Positions 37,067-48,346 are shown, counted from the stretch's first letter. The stretch: DNA of 64,000 nucleotides from an uncultured Ignavibacteria bacterium (GCA_964415885.1 CAYQCE010000005.1:40141-104140), one strand, 5' to 3'. The notes: generated by a model from the sequence alone, not told the origin. A program made the numbers and translations.

Positions 37067-38911
37067 TTGCCGGATAGACTGGTTCTCTGGGCTATTGTAA
37101 TTGCATATGTGCTGTTCGTATTCATCAAGGGGGTAATGAAGTCCCGGCGTATCGGTAACGCCGACGACTACCTTGTTGCCGGTCGGAACGTCCGCTGGTT
37201 CTTCCTCTTCGCGACTATGGGCGCAACCGTCATCGGTGGCGGGTACTCCATCGGTGCGATCGGAAAGACGTACGAGTGGGGAGTGTTGATGCTCCTCGTA
37301 TCGACCGGCGGATATCTGCATTTCATATTCTCCGGACTCGTCGTCGCGCCGCAGTTTAGAGAAGCCGAACTCTACACGGTCGCCGGTTATTTCGGTCACC
37401 GATTCGGGGAAAGCTCACGTTTCGTGATGCTGATCCTCTCGCTCCTCTTCTCGGTGTTCATCGTGGCGGCACAGATGGCCGCATTCGGAACCGTGCTCGC
37501 TGCGATCATGCCCGAAGTTGCCGACGCGGAGCATATCCTCAGATGGGCCATACTTATATCCGGGTTGCTTGTTGTCATATACAGCACCGCCGGAGGGCTT
37601 CTGGCGGTGATCCACACGGATATGTACCAGTTCATAGTCCTGATAGCCGGTTTCATTATCGTGCTTGCGTTTTGCATCCCTGACATCACCGACAGCTACA
37701 ATTCGGATACCGGGAATTTCGTCCCGTCACGGTTCGGATCGATAGATATGGAGTCGCCGGAATCGCTCGGATACAAGATTGCCACGGGTGCTGATTCGCT
37801 CGCGATGGCATTACGGGAGCATTTTACGGATGAAGAGATCGAAAAGCTCAAGACACCGGACAGCGCTCAGACATTTTCATACGAGCGCCAGAGAATGCTC
37901 ATTGATAATCTGAATGAGGCCCTCGACGAGCCGGAGTTCTTCCGTAAGGGTAGAATAATGCATCTCGATCTCTCAGAGCAGACAGCTACAATGATCGCAC
38001 AGGATCCGGAGGATGGCCGGAAACTTCGCAGACGGAATCTCTCCATCCTGCAGGATGCCTACCCCGGAGAATTCACCCGCAACCGTGTGATACCGTCCAA
38101 TTTCTTTGCCTTCGAGGGCGGCAAGGGCTGGCTCTTTCTGATTACGACGTTCCTCGCATTTCTACTCGGCGAGACTTTCGCGCCCGGGTACGCCACCCGC
38201 TATTGCGTCGGCAAGGATATCAAGGAAACCAAAATCGGAATTGCGGGAGTGGGGTTCTTTCTCGCGGCGACATTTCCGGTAGTGCTGTTCTTTATAGCAT
38301 TGTACGCCCGAATCCATTTCCCGGATATCGATCCCCAGCAGGCATTGCCTATGGTCGTGCAGCAGCTCGGAAGCCCGATCATCGCCGGACTTATGATCGG
38401 TGCGCTTCTCATGGCGGTCATGTCCTCCGCGGACTCCGCTCTCAACTCGGCAACCGCGATATTTGTAAAAGACCTGTTCGAGCACCAGCTCGGTTGGGAG
38501 GACAAGGGGGATGGGCGGATGCTCCGTCTCGCGCGAGTCTGCACCGCAGCACTGGGTCTCGCGGCGATCTTAATAGCTGTAGTCTGGTCGGATATCATCG
38601 CGCTTCTTTTGTTTACATACCATGTTTGGGCGCCGGCTGTCATACTGCCGGTGACAATTGGGGCTATATGGAAGAAAAAATCCAGGAAGCTGAACCACAA
38701 TATCTTCATTACCATGCTCGGCGCCACATTGATTACCATGACCTATCGGTTCTTCAATTACATCTATGACAGGCTCGAATGGGCATTCTTCTCGGATACG
38801 GTGGAGGACCTGATCCAACAGGTGGACCCGGCGGTGTTCGGAGTGATGGTGTCGATAATCATTTTTGGCGTGCTGAGCATATTCACGAAGTACGACGACT
38901 CTCCGCAATAA
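37067..38911 (+). CDS. Sodium:solute symporter family (SSF) transporter with a roughly 170-aa hydrophilic insertion
   Basis: SSF N-terminal signature (GRNVRWFFLFATMGATVIGGGYSIGAIG); 13+ TM helices. An unusual central soluble insert (residues about 210-380) sits between TM blocks. TTG start after GGAGG. Confidence 0.85.
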   Translation: MPDRLVLWAIVIAYVLFVFIKGVMKSRRIGNADDYLVAGRNVRWFFLFATMGATVIGGGYSIGAIGKTYEWGVLMLLVSTGGYLHFIFSGLVVAPQFREAELYTVAGYFGHRFGESSRFVMLILSLLFSVFIVAAQMAAFGTVLAAIMPEVADAEHILRWAILISGLLVVIYSTAGGLLAVIHTDMYQFIVLIAGFIIVLAFCIPDITDSYNSDTGNFVPSRFGSIDMESPESLGYKIATGADSLAMALREHFTDEEIEKLKTPDSAQTFSYERQRMLIDNLNEALDEPEFFRKGRIMHLDLSEQTATMIAQDPEDGRKLRRRNLSILQDAYPGEFTRNRVIPSNFFAFEGGKGWLFLITTFLAFLLGETFAPGYATRYCVGKDIKETKIGIAGVGFFLAATFPVVLFFIALYARIHFPDIDPQQALPMVVQQLGSPIIAGLMIGALLMAVMSSADSALNSATAIFVKDLFEHQLGWEDKGDGRMLRLARVCTAALGLAAILIAVVWSDIIALLLFTYHVWAPAVILPVTIGAIWKKKSRKLNHNIFITMLGATLITMTYRFFNYIYDRLEWAFFSDTVEDLIQQVDPAVFGVMVSIIIFGVLSIFTKYDDSPQ

Positions 38912-39089
38912 TCCCTGATACTGAGATCCAATCCCGATACTCCACACTGCCCGACTTAAAGGGACTCGATTGTCCCCTTTTCTGGAACATTCGACAAGAA
39001 TTATCGTTGACCACGTAATCAATGAGGGCTAAATTAGTCCGCATTAGTACGACATGTGATGTTAAAACCTGCAGGGAGGCAAGGAACTG

Positions 39090-39845
39090 ATGTATCCCGA
39101 ATTGAGAGGCAAGTATGCTCTGGTTACCGGAGCCTCACGCGGATTCGGAAGGGCTATTTCCGAACGGCTCGCGCGTGAAGGTGTGGCGGTGGCTGTGAAC
39201 TACCGTCGTTCGAAGTCCGATGCCGAGGAGCTGGTCAACAAGATCGAGAAAGAGGGCGGGCAGGCGTTTGCCGTGCGTGCCGATGTTGGCAAGGAAGAAA
39301 GCGTCGAGAAGATGATCAACGAGGTGCGTGAGAAATTCGGAAGGCTCGACATAGTTATCGCAAATGCCGCATGGGGTGTGCCCGGAAATCTCCTCGAATC
39401 GAAGACTCGTCACTGGGACGTCACACTGTCGGCGTCGGCACGATATCTCCTGACGATGGCTCAGCTTGCCGAACCCCTGATGAACGGCTGGGGCAGAATC
39501 GTGTCAATCACTTCTGACGGCGGCGCCCGTGTGATACCGGGCTACGGTGTAGTCGGACCGGCCAAGGCCGCGCTCGAGTCGACAACCCGCGGTCTCGCCT
39601 ACGAATTAGCGCGCAAGGGGATCATTGTCAACGGTGTGCTGGCAGGATTGGCCGACACAAAATCTTCCCGGTCCATTCCCGGCTCCGATGAGGTGCTCGG
39701 ACATGCGCGGTATCACACACCTGCCGGCCGAATCATCGAGCCGGAAGATGTCGCCAATGTCGTGGCGTTTCTCTGCTCGGATCAGGCGAATATGATAGTC
39801 GGACATTTCGTGACAGTCGATGGCGGACGTAACATCGTCGGTTAA
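39090..39845 (+). CDS. Short-chain dehydrogenase/reductase (SDR) family oxidoreductase
   Basis: TGASRGFG cofactor-binding motif, NAAW, and the Y-x3-K catalytic pair (YGVVGPAK). Confidence 0.8.
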   Translation: MYPELRGKYALVTGASRGFGRAISERLAREGVAVAVNYRRSKSDAEELVNKIEKEGGQAFAVRADVGKEESVEKMINEVREKFGRLDIVIANAAWGVPGNLLESKTRHWDVTLSASARYLLTMAQLAEPLMNGWGRIVSITSDGGARVIPGYGVVGPAKAALESTTRGLAYELARKGIIVNGVLAGLADTKSSRSIPGSDEVLGHARYHTPAGRIIEPEDVANVVAFLCSDQANMIVGHFVTVDGGRNIVG

Positions 39846-41042
39846 TCAGTATTTGCGGATCTCTTTCGCCTTACCAAGGGCAATCTTGGTGAGGAACGGT
39901 CCGATAGCTTCGTAGATAATGATCGAGGATAGAATTACGGTTTCTACGACATGACCCATCTCAGGATGCGATTCAGTCACGGTGAGCGCCATCCCGATTG
40001 CCACCCCCGCCTGAGGAAACAGGGCAAGCCCCAGGTAGTTGCGGACCGGTTTGGATGCGCCGAATTTGAGACCCGTCACGTATGACCCTACGACCTTGCC
40101 GATCGGTCTCGCAAACAGATACGCCACACCGAGCAACCCGAGCATCGGCAGAGATTCGAGATGGAGACTCCCACCCGACAGCACAAAGAAAGCGATGAAG
40201 AACGGCATCTCCATCTGGCGCATCTCAGGGTAAACGAGACGGTGCATCATCGAAAGGTTGTTGGTTACCGCCCCGATGATCATCGAGACGAGTAGTTGCG
40301 AAATGCCGAGCGTTTTAGACAGCCCGATTGCGAGGAGAAGTCCGCCGATGATAACCAGCAGCAGCTCCGACATGTCATCAATCTTCTTCTCCCAGTAGGT
40401 AATCAATCCCCCGATCCCGACTCCGATCATCGCGGAGACGATCAGTTCCTTGAACAGGTCGAACATGACATCCAGGACCGCGACTCCCTCCATCAGGGAG
40501 TAAGATGCGAAGAAAATCCGGAAGACAATCAGACAGAGCACGTTGTTGATTGCAACTACCGATAGCAGCGTGTCTGTGAGTTCACCTTTGGTGTCATATT
40601 CTCGTGTCACGAGGAGTGTGACGCCCGGTGCTGTGGCAATTGCTATCGAGCCAAGGAGTATCCCGAGGCCAAAATCACCTGTAACGAGTAACGTGACGCC
40701 GAACACGAGCGCGAACGCACCAAAGCTCTCTCCGAGCGCGATATATACAACTTTGCTCCCCATCGACTTCAGCTTCTGAAAGTCGATCTCGCCGCCGATT
40801 GCGAAGAGAAGCAAACCGAGCGTTATATCAGTGATCAATTGTATATCTGCGAGAGTCTCCTCGGACATCAAGCCGAGTACCGACGGACCGAATATCAACC
40901 CGGTCAGCATATATCCGGTCACTTTCGGAATCTTGATTCGGTGGGAGGCCTTGCCCCCGAGGATTCCGAGAGTGATGACCACTCCGAAACTCAGTAGTTC
41001 GTGAAATTCCATAAACAACTGCCCTGATTTGTGATCCGCCAA
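39846..41042 (-). CDS. Cation:proton antiporter (Na+/H+ exchanger family)
   Basis: 398 aa, about 12 TM helices; N-terminus ...LGILGGKASHRIKIPKVTGYMLTGLIFGPSVLGL typical of CPA-type exchangers. Confidence 0.85.
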   Translation of the reverse strand: MADHKSGQLFMEFHELLSFGVVITLGILGGKASHRIKIPKVTGYMLTGLIFGPSVLGLMSEETLADIQLITDITLGLLLFAIGGEIDFQKLKSMGSKVVYIALGESFGAFALVFGVTLLVTGDFGLGILLGSIAIATAPGVTLLVTREYDTKGELTDTLLSVVAINNVLCLIVFRIFFASYSLMEGVAVLDVMFDLFKELIVSAMIGVGIGGLITYWEKKIDDMSELLLVIIGGLLLAIGLSKTLGISQLLVSMIIGAVTNNLSMMHRLVYPEMRQMEMPFFIAFFVLSGGSLHLESLPMLGLLGVAYLFARPIGKVVGSYVTGLKFGASKPVRNYLGLALFPQAGVAIGMALTVTESHPEMGHVVETVILSSIIIYEAIGPFLTKIALGKAKEIRKY

Positions 41043-41159
41043 TGATAGGGATTTGTTGGGTTTCAGTCAATGCAAATTGGGGCGCACGAAAATCTACGCC
41101 TTTGCCGCACAAAACGCTATAATTATCACAGCGCTTAAGTCTCGCAATGGAGAAGATGG

Positions 41160-41909
41160 TTGACTACTTCGGGTGACATAAAGAGGATACTCGATTTCGC
41201 GCTCGGCTATCCGTTCACGCGGCCGGATCGCTCCTTTGTCTATTGTGACGGCAAGGTACTGCTTCTGGATGATGCCGCTGCTATCGTCGAGAGAGCGCAA
41301 TCAGAGGGTCGCGTTCCCGTGCTTGCATATGGCTCGAATGCCTCCCCGCTGCAATTGAACCGCAAGTATTTCACGCACTGCCCGGGAGTTGAGATACCGG
41401 TTGTGCGGGCCAGGATGTATGGATGGGATGTCGCGTATGCTGCGCTCATTGCGCCATACGGATCAATTCCGGCGACTCTTGTTCGCTCCGACAGCGCAAG
41501 AGTCGAGACCTTCGTGACTCATCTGACAGTCGACCAACTGAGAATCATGCACAGAACGGAGGGAGCGGGGAAATCGTACGCATACGGTATATTGCGAGAC
41601 ATTGATGTTGAGCTCGATTGCGGAGTAATCCTAAAAGAGATATACACGTACGTCGCGCTACCCGGCGCTCTGTCAGGCGATGGGGAGGCCATAGCCTTGC
41701 AAGAGGTTACTGCGGTCGAGAGGATGCTTGAAGCTGTCTTCCAGAAAGAAGCTCTCGAGCTTTGCCGGAGAATTGTCTGCCCATACGGAGATTTCTCCGA
41801 GTTTGTGCTCGCGCTTGTCTCTGATCCGGCATACAGAAAACTATCAACCAAGCTGTTGGCAGAAACGGCGATAGAATTCGACGACGCAGCTTTTGAGAGG
41901 ATAATCTGA
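41160..41909 (+). CDS. Hypothetical protein, possible gamma-glutamyl cyclotransferase-like (AIG2-like) fold
   Basis: VLAYGSNASP resembles the YGSN motif of GGCT-like proteins; otherwise unassigned. Confidence 0.3.
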   Translation: MTTSGDIKRILDFALGYPFTRPDRSFVYCDGKVLLLDDAAAIVERAQSEGRVPVLAYGSNASPLQLNRKYFTHCPGVEIPVVRARMYGWDVAYAALIAPYGSIPATLVRSDSARVETFVTHLTVDQLRIMHRTEGAGKSYAYGILRDIDVELDCGVILKEIYTYVALPGALSGDGEAIALQEVTAVERMLEAVFQKEALELCRRIVCPYGDFSEFVLALVSDPAYRKLSTKLLAETAIEFDDAAFERII

Positions 41910-41911
41910 GT

Positions 41912-42835
41912 CTACCAGAACTTCTCGAGGTGTAGCTCTCCCGCCTCCTTGAAGGTCTGCTCCCTGTAGTTGTCGGCGAGCAGCATTCTGGCAAGCTCAT
42001 CGCACATGGCGGGATTGCCGGATACGAAGACGTGAGTGTCTTTCGCAGATGGGTGGAATCCCCATATCTTTCCGATTACGCCCTTTCTCCAGATTTCCTG
42101 GATATAACCGACGTGACCACTCCACTGAGTCGGCTCTTCACGGGGACGGCTTATTGTCTCGATGTAATCGAAGTTGTCGATGATTCGATCGAGCGCTTTC
42201 AGCTCCGAGCGGTAGCCGAGTTCCTTCGAATGGCGGCATCCATGCACGAGAGCTATTCTCCTGCTCGATCCTGTACTGAGGTGGGATCGGATTATGCTCA
42301 TGCAGGGGGATACGCCCGATCCGGTTGCGAGAAAAATGACGTTTGAATCATCAGGAACCTTCTGGAAGGTGAAAAGTCCGGTCATATTCTTCGACAGCCA
42401 GACTCGGTCGCCCGGCTGTAACGCGAAGACTCTGGGGGACATCGCGCCAGTCGGAACCAGCGTGATGAAGAACTCCACGAATGACCTGTCTGTCGCCGAT
42501 GAGGCGACCGAGTAGGAGCGTGTCAGGAAGCGATCGGACTTGTCAGATTCCGGTTCGGAACCGTCACAGCGCGGAACCGACGACGGCAACCCCACCATAG
42601 CATATTGTCCCGCATGAAATTCCGGCAGTTCCCAGCCATCGGGCGAGAGCCGGAGTATCATCATTCCGGGGGCGACGTCGATGTGTGAGATTACAACGGA
42701 ATTAGGCTCTGGATGTGGCATTCTCGGACTCCATTTCTCGGTCGAAACTAAATCGAATCCAACGGCAGCGCAACATTGAACACGGCGACTCTGCGCCGAA
42801 TTGTAATGGAACCATCCAAACTCCCGGCAGTTCAA
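41912..42835 (-). CDS. Ferredoxin-NADP+ reductase-type oxidoreductase (FAD/NAD(P)-binding)
   Basis: FAD-binding RSYS motif and the NAD(P)-binding GTGxxP-like ATGSGVSP motif; 307 aa. Confidence 0.85.
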   Translation of the reverse strand: MNCREFGWFHYNSAQSRRVQCCAAVGFDLVSTEKWSPRMPHPEPNSVVISHIDVAPGMMILRLSPDGWELPEFHAGQYAMVGLPSSVPRCDGSEPESDKSDRFLTRSYSVASSATDRSFVEFFITLVPTGAMSPRVFALQPGDRVWLSKNMTGLFTFQKVPDDSNVIFLATGSGVSPCMSIIRSHLSTGSSRRIALVHGCRHSKELGYRSELKALDRIIDNFDYIETISRPREEPTQWSGHVGYIQEIWRKGVIGKIWGFHPSAKDTHVFVSGNPAMCDELARMLLADNYREQTFKEAGELHLEKFW

Positions 42836-42912
42836 TAATTATGGATACAAAATGCTTGATTTTTGCCGAGAATCGAATAGATTGTTGCGGTAATTTCAAA
42901 GGAGAGATTCGA

Positions 42913-43152
42913 TTGAAAGCGAAGATTCACCCGAAATATCAGAAGACTACGGTTACCTGCGCGTGCGGCAACTCATGGGAAACCCGGTCGACCACCGACG
43001 AGCTCAAGCTCGATATCTGTTCGGCTTGCCACCCGTTCTTCACCGGCAAGCAGAAGCTGGTCGACACCGCGGGTCGTGTTGAGCGTTACAGACGCAAATA
43101 TGGTCTCGATGCCAACAACAAGCCGAAAAAAGAAGCAGAAAAGTCTAATTAG
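42913..43152 (+). CDS. rpmE: 50S ribosomal protein L31
   Basis: (M)[63 protein letters not shown]; TTG start after GGAGAG. The ORF-track 5' extension to 42715 is not coding. Confidence 0.9.
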   Translation: MKAKIHPKYQKTTVTCACGNSWETRSTTDELKLDICSACHPFFTGKQKLVDTAGRVERYRRKYGLDANNKPKKEAEKSN

Positions 43153-43163
43153 ATGAACTTCAG

Positions 43164-43193
43164 CGGCACCCGGGTTGGGGTGTCGCTTTTTTT
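43164..43193 (+). terminator. Rho-independent terminator after rpmE
   Basis: GCGGCACCC-GGGTTG-GGGTGTCGC stem-loop immediately followed by TTTTTTT. Confidence 0.8.
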
Positions 43194-43235
43194 GTCTAAT
43201 ATAGACCAACGTGGTCGAAGTTGGGGTTGTGTAAT

Positions 43236-44189
43236 ATGCCCGATCTGAGTGTAGGCGGACAGGCGGTTATAGAAGGCGTGATGATGCGTTCGACTGACCG
43301 TGTATCTACCGCTGTCAGGCGCGCAGACGGAACTATTGAGGTGCGGAATGAGGATTTCATACCGATCTCGAAGCGCAAGAAATTGCTCGGATTGCCGATA
43401 GTTCGTGGCGCGATTTCATTCATAGAGATGCTCGTGATTGGAATCCGCTCGCTCAACTTCTCCGCTGAAGTTGCCTCCATAGACATCGATATGCAGGAAG
43501 GCAAGGTTACGGATGGCAAGACGCCGTCCAAGTCGACCTCCCTGATGCTCGGCTTGACGGTTGTGATTGCGCTCGCTCTCGCGATAGGGATATTCTTCTT
43601 TCTACCGCTCTGGTTCTCCTCGCTTCTGGAGGTGGACCGTGATGCGCTCGCGTTTAACCTGGTCGCCGGCGGAATCCGTGTGGTGATGTTCCTCGCGTAT
43701 GTCTGGGGGATCTCGTTCTTCGGCGAATTCAAGCGGGTATTCCAGTATCACGGCGCCGAGCACAAGACCATAAATGCTTACGAGGATGGAGTTGACTTAA
43801 CGCCGGAGAATACCAGGAAGTACTCCACGCGGCATCCGCGATGCGGAACGAGCTTCATTCTGATCGTGGCTATCTTTGCGATGATTGTTTATAGTATCTC
43901 CGATACCCTATATGCGGTTTTGACGGGAAGCCCGCCAACGTTGCCGGTACGGTTTCTGATTCATTTCTCGCTTCTGCCGTTCGTTGCGGGCGGATCGTAT
44001 GAGCTTCTCAAGATATCCGGCAGGACACGCGAGAATCGCATAACGAAGTTCTTTATTGCTCCCGGAATATGGCTGCAGGCGATAACCACTCGAGAGCCGT
44101 CGCTGGGGCAGATCGAGGTCGCGATAGCATCTCTTAACAACGCACTCCGAGCTGAACCGGAACAGGATGAAGTCTCGGTGAGTAATTGA
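43236..44189 (+). CDS. DUF1385 (YqhQ-like) membrane-associated protein
   Basis: N-terminal [13 protein letters not shown] motif and HxxEH-like [13 protein letters not shown] segment typical of DUF1385; sits upstream of prfA as in many genomes. Start at the ATG giving MPDLSVGG. Confidence 0.8.
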   Translation: MPDLSVGGQAVIEGVMMRSTDRVSTAVRRADGTIEVRNEDFIPISKRKKLLGLPIVRGAISFIEMLVIGIRSLNFSAEVASIDIDMQEGKVTDGKTPSKSTSLMLGLTVVIALALAIGIFFFLPLWFSSLLEVDRDALAFNLVAGGIRVVMFLAYVWGISFFGEFKRVFQYHGAEHKTINAYEDGVDLTPENTRKYSTRHPRCGTSFILIVAIFAMIVYSISDTLYAVLTGSPPTLPVRFLIHFSLLPFVAGGSYELLKISGRTRENRITKFFIAPGIWLQAITTREPSLGQIEVAIASLNNALRAEPEQDEVSVSN

Positions 44190-44193
44190 TCCC

Positions 44194-45291
44194 ATGCTCG
44201 ATCTAATAGAACAACTTGAAAAGAAATTCCAGGATATTTCCGAACAGCTCGCCTCTCCCGAGGTCGTGAGCGATCCGAGGAAGATCAGGGAAGTTTCGAA
44301 GAAGCACCGCGATCTGTCAGACATTATGGAGGTCGCGCGCAAGTACCGCTCGGTCGTCAATCAGATCGCCGGCAACGAGGAGTTGATCGAGGAGGGTGGC
44401 GACAATGAGATCGTGGAAATGGCGGAGGAGGAACTCGAGGAGCTTCGCGACGAGAGGGAGAGCCTCGAGCGCGAGCTGAAGCTGCTTCTCGTACCGAAGG
44501 ATCCGAACGATTCCAGAAATACCGTGGTGGAGATACGCGCCGGGACCGGTGGAGAGGAAGCCGCGCTCTTTGCCGCCGATCTCTATCGGATGTACTCAAG
44601 GTATTCGGATGAGCGCGGTTGGAAGCTCGAAATTCTGTCGTCACATCCAACCGGCGTCGGCGGATTCAAGGAGATCATATTCCTCGTCTCAGGCGATGGC
44701 GTCTATGGCAAGCTGAAATATGAATCCGGCGTGCACCGCGTTCAGCGTGTGCCAGTCACCGAGTCATCGGGCAGAATCCACACGTCGGCGGCATCGGTAG
44801 CAGTGCTTCCCGAAGCGGAAGAGGTTGATATCAAGATCGATCCGAACGATTTGAAGATCGATGTATTTCGATCGACCGGCCCGGGCGGCCAGTCGGTCAA
44901 TACGACAGATTCCGCTGTCAGGATAACACACGAACCGACCGGATTGGTTGTGACATGCCAGGACGAAAAATCGCAGCATAAGAACAAGGCGAAGGCGCTG
45001 AAGGTACTGCGTGCGAGACTTCTGGAACGCGAGCAGGAAAGGCAGCACGACGAGATAGCATCCCAGCGTCGCTCGATGGTCTCGACAGGCGACCGTTCCG
45101 CCAAGATTCGCACCTACAACTTCCCGCAGGGGCGTGTGACCGATCATCGAATTGGCCTCACGGTTCATCAACTTGATTCCATTCTCCAGGGCGATCTTGA
45201 TGAGGTAGTCTCGGCGCTCTCCGTCGCAGATCAGCAGGAGAAACTGAAGCAGACGGAAAAGGCTGCAAAAGCCACTAACGAAGCATCGTGA
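44194..45291 (+). CDS. prfA: Peptide chain release factor 1
   Basis: GGQ motif ([21 protein letters not shown]); RF1-type PVT tripeptide ([10 protein letters not shown]); 365 aa. Confidence 0.95.
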   Translation: MLDLIEQLEKKFQDISEQLASPEVVSDPRKIREVSKKHRDLSDIMEVARKYRSVVNQIAGNEELIEEGGDNEIVEMAEEELEELRDERESLERELKLLLVPKDPNDSRNTVVEIRAGTGGEEAALFAADLYRMYSRYSDERGWKLEILSSHPTGVGGFKEIIFLVSGDGVYGKLKYESGVHRVQRVPVTESSGRIHTSAASVAVLPEAEEVDIKIDPNDLKIDVFRSTGPGGQSVNTTDSAVRITHEPTGLVVTCQDEKSQHKNKAKALKVLRARLLEREQERQHDEIASQRRSMVSTGDRSAKIRTYNFPQGRVTDHRIGLTVHQLDSILQGDLDEVVSALSVADQQEKLKQTEKAAKATNEAS

Positions 45292-46175
45292 AGACCTGGC
45301 AGGTAATAGCATCACTCTTAATCACCACTCTACTTCTGTTCATCGCAGACTTAGCGTCGGCACGACGATCGACACCAAAACGCATGGTAGCCGAGAATGA
45401 GCCGTACAGGCTGATTCACACGGCGAAGTTTGTCCACGAGGGCAGTGGCACATCGCCGCTCTTCGAGGTTCGCTTCGACGGCCCCAAGGCTCCGGGCAAT
45501 GTCACTCTTACTCTGATGTACGTCCCGTTGACCGAGGAGCAGATCAGGATGGGCCGGAACGTTAGCTTCATTCCACTCCGGATGATGCTCGCGGAGCATT
45601 CACTCGATATCTACGAAACTTTCGTGCCACCTTACCCAAAGGGTAGCGATATCCGCTATTACATCAAGGCAGCGGATGTGGACGGTGTGACGCTCGTTAC
45701 TCTTCCCGAAAATGCGAGTGATACAACGAACACCCTGCCATTCAGATTCGAGGGGATAGCTCCGGCCTGGCTGGTCGTGCTGCGGGTAGCCTTCACGACA
45801 GGCGCCGTTCTGACTGCCGCGCTCGCGTTCTTCACTTCGCTGAACATCCTGAGAGGCCGAGATGCGATAAATCTGCTCGGCAAGCAGGTAATGTGGGCGG
45901 CTATCTTCCTGTTCTTCGGACAGGTGATTTTTGCCACCATGTATGACAGGAGGGTCACCGGTCCGCCGGGATGGGGTGGCTGGCCGTTCGGCAAGTTCAG
46001 CTTGCACGACACAATGATCGAGATCGCGCTACTGGCCTGGATTTTTCTCACCGTGATTATGGCCGGCTCAGCGATTGCGAGAAGAGAGACGGCGAATCTG
46101 GTCATGCCGGAAGCTGCCGGGAAACTCACTATGGCCGCCTTCTTAATTCTGGCCGCAGCGATCGTAATCTACTGA
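45288..46175 (+). CDS. Hypothetical integral membrane protein
   Basis: GTG start overlapping the prfA stop; N-terminal TM/signal segment, soluble beta-rich region, four C-terminal TM helices. Confidence 0.5.
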   Translation: MKTWQVIASLLITTLLLFIADLASARRSTPKRMVAENEPYRLIHTAKFVHEGSGTSPLFEVRFDGPKAPGNVTLTLMYVPLTEEQIRMGRNVSFIPLRMMLAEHSLDIYETFVPPYPKGSDIRYYIKAADVDGVTLVTLPENASDTTNTLPFRFEGIAPAWLVVLRVAFTTGAVLTAALAFFTSLNILRGRDAINLLGKQVMWAAIFLFFGQVIFATMYDRRVTGPPGWGGWPFGKFSLHDTMIEIALLAWIFLTVIMAGSAIARRETANLVMPEAAGKLTMAAFLILAAAIVIY

Positions 46176-46184
46176 TATTGTATG

Positions 46185-47201
46185 CTATTTCCGGAAGCAG
46201 CGCGGGTCTTTGCCGTACATTCCAAGATCGGCTGCGTAAGCTCGCGATCTGCAGCCCCAGCACTCGGTTAAAAGACTGCATCTCCGGCAACGCTCCGGTA
46301 GATTCGACTCGTCCTTGAAGCGCTTGAAGATCAGGTAATCCCTGTCTCTTGCGAATATCTCTCGAAGCGAGCCGTCACGGTGGATATTCCGGCGGTCGTC
46401 ACGAATCGTCGCGCACGGAGTTACCGAGCCATCGCACGTCACCGCCGCGGTTGCAGAGCAGTACTGCTTGTTCACACAGTTCATCGGGAATTCCTTCACG
46501 CCCCACTGACGGCTAAACCGCCGATAGACTCTGGCGACTTCACTCTCATCCGGAATGAACCGCGCGAGCTCTCCCGCATCCGATCCCGGACGAAGATATG
46601 TGTGATAGACATTAAGCGAAGTGCGAATCATGAACTCATCTTCGAAGAAATCGATAGTCCGGATCATATCCTCGGCAGTCTGAAGCCCGGTGTATGTAAC
46701 CGAATTCAGTATCTGCTCCGCGGGGTATCCCTCCGCAAGAAGTTTGCGGACGCCGTTGAGGATGATATCGAAATCGCTATCCGGCCTGTCAGGATGCAGA
46801 GTTTTGTACGCTCCTCTGTCTACGGTCGAAATGTGCACGGATATCAATCCGTTTCTGCAAAGTCTCGCCGTATCTGCCACGATTCCTTCATCAGAGAACG
46901 GAAGCCCACCGGTCCACATGTTGTTTCTGAGTCCGATAGATTCGGCATGCTCGAGATGCTCGAAGATCGATTCGCGTAACAGCGGTTCTCCGCCGAGCCA
47001 TTCGATTGCGGTGATACCCAATCTCGCTGAATCCTCGAGAATCTCAGCGATTAGCCCGTCGGAGAGAGTGTTGCGCTCCTCTGGAAGAGCGTTCATGTAG
47101 CAGTAGATACACCCCTGACGGCAAACATCTCCGACCTCGAGTTGAAGAGCGTAGATGCCGTCGCGATCGTATGCCTCGTTCAGCGCTTCGTAATCGATCA
47201 T
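46185..47201 (-). CDS. Radical SAM enzyme with C-terminal SPASM/twitch Cys-rich domain
   Basis: CxxxCxxC motif CRQGCIYC near the N-terminus; C-terminal cysteine cluster CSATAAVTCDGSVTPC...CRRCSLLTECWGCRSRAY...DPRC typical of SPASM-domain maturases; 338 aa. Confidence 0.85.
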   Translation of the reverse strand: MIDYEALNEAYDRDGIYALQLEVGDVCRQGCIYCYMNALPEERNTLSDGLIAEILEDSARLGITAIEWLGGEPLLRESIFEHLEHAESIGLRNNMWTGGLPFSDEGIVADTARLCRNGLISVHISTVDRGAYKTLHPDRPDSDFDIILNGVRKLLAEGYPAEQILNSVTYTGLQTAEDMIRTIDFFEDEFMIRTSLNVYHTYLRPGSDAGELARFIPDESEVARVYRRFSRQWGVKEFPMNCVNKQYCSATAAVTCDGSVTPCATIRDDRRNIHRDGSLREIFARDRDYLIFKRFKDESNLPERCRRCSLLTECWGCRSRAYAADLGMYGKDPRCFRK

Positions 47202-47314
47202 AGCATGTGACTCCGGTTAATCGTATAGAGCCACTAAACTATACGAATGTAACCCCCGGGATGCAACGTGGCTTCGACAAAATACGCGATATTGATCGGC
47301 TCTATTCCTTGTCT

Positions 47315-47725
47315 CTAATAGTTGCCGACCGACTCGCTTGATTCCTCGACCCATTCTGTGATGCTGGCCTGAACCTCGCTGATCATCTCTTCCGTTTCAG
47401 ACTTGAATTGCGCCCAATCCTCTCTGGTGGTACTTTCAATCTGATCCAGCCTGCTCTGAAGCTCGCTCTTTCTAGACTGAAGTTCGTCTATATGCCGCTG
47501 TACGGTCGTCGAGTCGACATCTTCGCTCTTGGCGAGACGATTCTGAAACTCGTCGATCTGTGATTGAACGTCATCTATGGCAGAGTTAATCTCGAGTGTT
47601 AGCCTGGTCTTGTCCTGACTCAGATTCATCTCTCCGGTCTCCTCGCCGCCTCCGCAAGAGATAATGAATAGACCTGCAGCAATTGTCAGCAGGATTGCCG
47701 GTAGTAGTCGCATGTAACGCGTCAT
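47315..47725 (-). CDS. Lipoprotein with coiled-coil region
   Basis: Signal peptide plus lipobox (LFIISC followed by GGG); Q/E/L-rich heptad-like repeats (QSQIDEFQNRL...ELQSRKSELQSRLDQIE). Confidence 0.6.
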   Translation of the reverse strand: MTRYMRLLPAILLTIAAGLFIISCGGGEETGEMNLSQDKTRLTLEINSAIDDVQSQIDEFQNRLAKSEDVDSTTVQRHIDELQSRKSELQSRLDQIESTTREDWAQFKSETEEMISEVQASITEWVEESSESVGNY

Positions 47726-48060
47726 GTCGATTCCTTTCGATTCCGGTTGAGTGATAACTCCAGTTTCAGTTATCGTTCAGCACGTTGTTTGCGCACTGCA
47801 GAGCTTCGATACTCATCTTTCATAGCTATCATCGCTATGTCTCCAACTCAAGAGTTGCAGGCAGACCCATGCTCGAAACCGAGCGGCGCAACACTACTGC
47901 GCATCATATAGTCTGTCATGTCGGGATGATAGAGAAGTTAAATATCATTAACAGTCTCGAAAGGTAATTGTTCCAAAGTGTCCCGGACTCAGGGGGCTTG
48001 TCGAGAAAGCTCGTACCACTGGAAAAGCTGTCATCGCGAGGAATCCCGCGGAGGCGGAAT

Positions 48061-48295
48061 GACGCGGCGATCTCATAGTCAGGCAATACTATACGGCTAC
48101 TTTGAGATTGCCACGCTCGCTACGCTCACTCGCAAAGACTAAGGTTTTGGGGTTTGTCAACAAGCCCTTGGGGACCGGGTCTGCAGTAACCGTTTTTGTA
48201 CCTTATGAGACAGTCTCCCCTCATCTGCCACAAGTTTTCAAGAAGGATCGCTTAATTTGGAGTCGGCAGACGAAAGCGTCTGCCGTTCGTCAAAA
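48061..48295. repeat. Mosaic interspersed repeat (modules M1 + M3), left flank of the BMC module
   Basis: M1 at 48104..48139 matches 14313..14348. M3 (CTCATCTGCCAC...GGCAGACGAAAGCGTCTGCCGTTC, 48222..48290) matches 51716..51790 in the same orientation. Contains the hairpin GGCAGACG-AAAG-CGTCTGCC. Confidence 0.65.
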
Positions 48296-48346
48296 GGTCT
48301 GATTGATCGTTGAAGCGTGTGTCGCAGCTCAATCGAAAGAAGTGGA

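Noticed and set aside
42715-42912. Upstream extension of the rpmE ORF
   Set aside because: L31 homology begins at the TTG 42913, which has its own GGAGAG RBS. The extension has no protein-like features.
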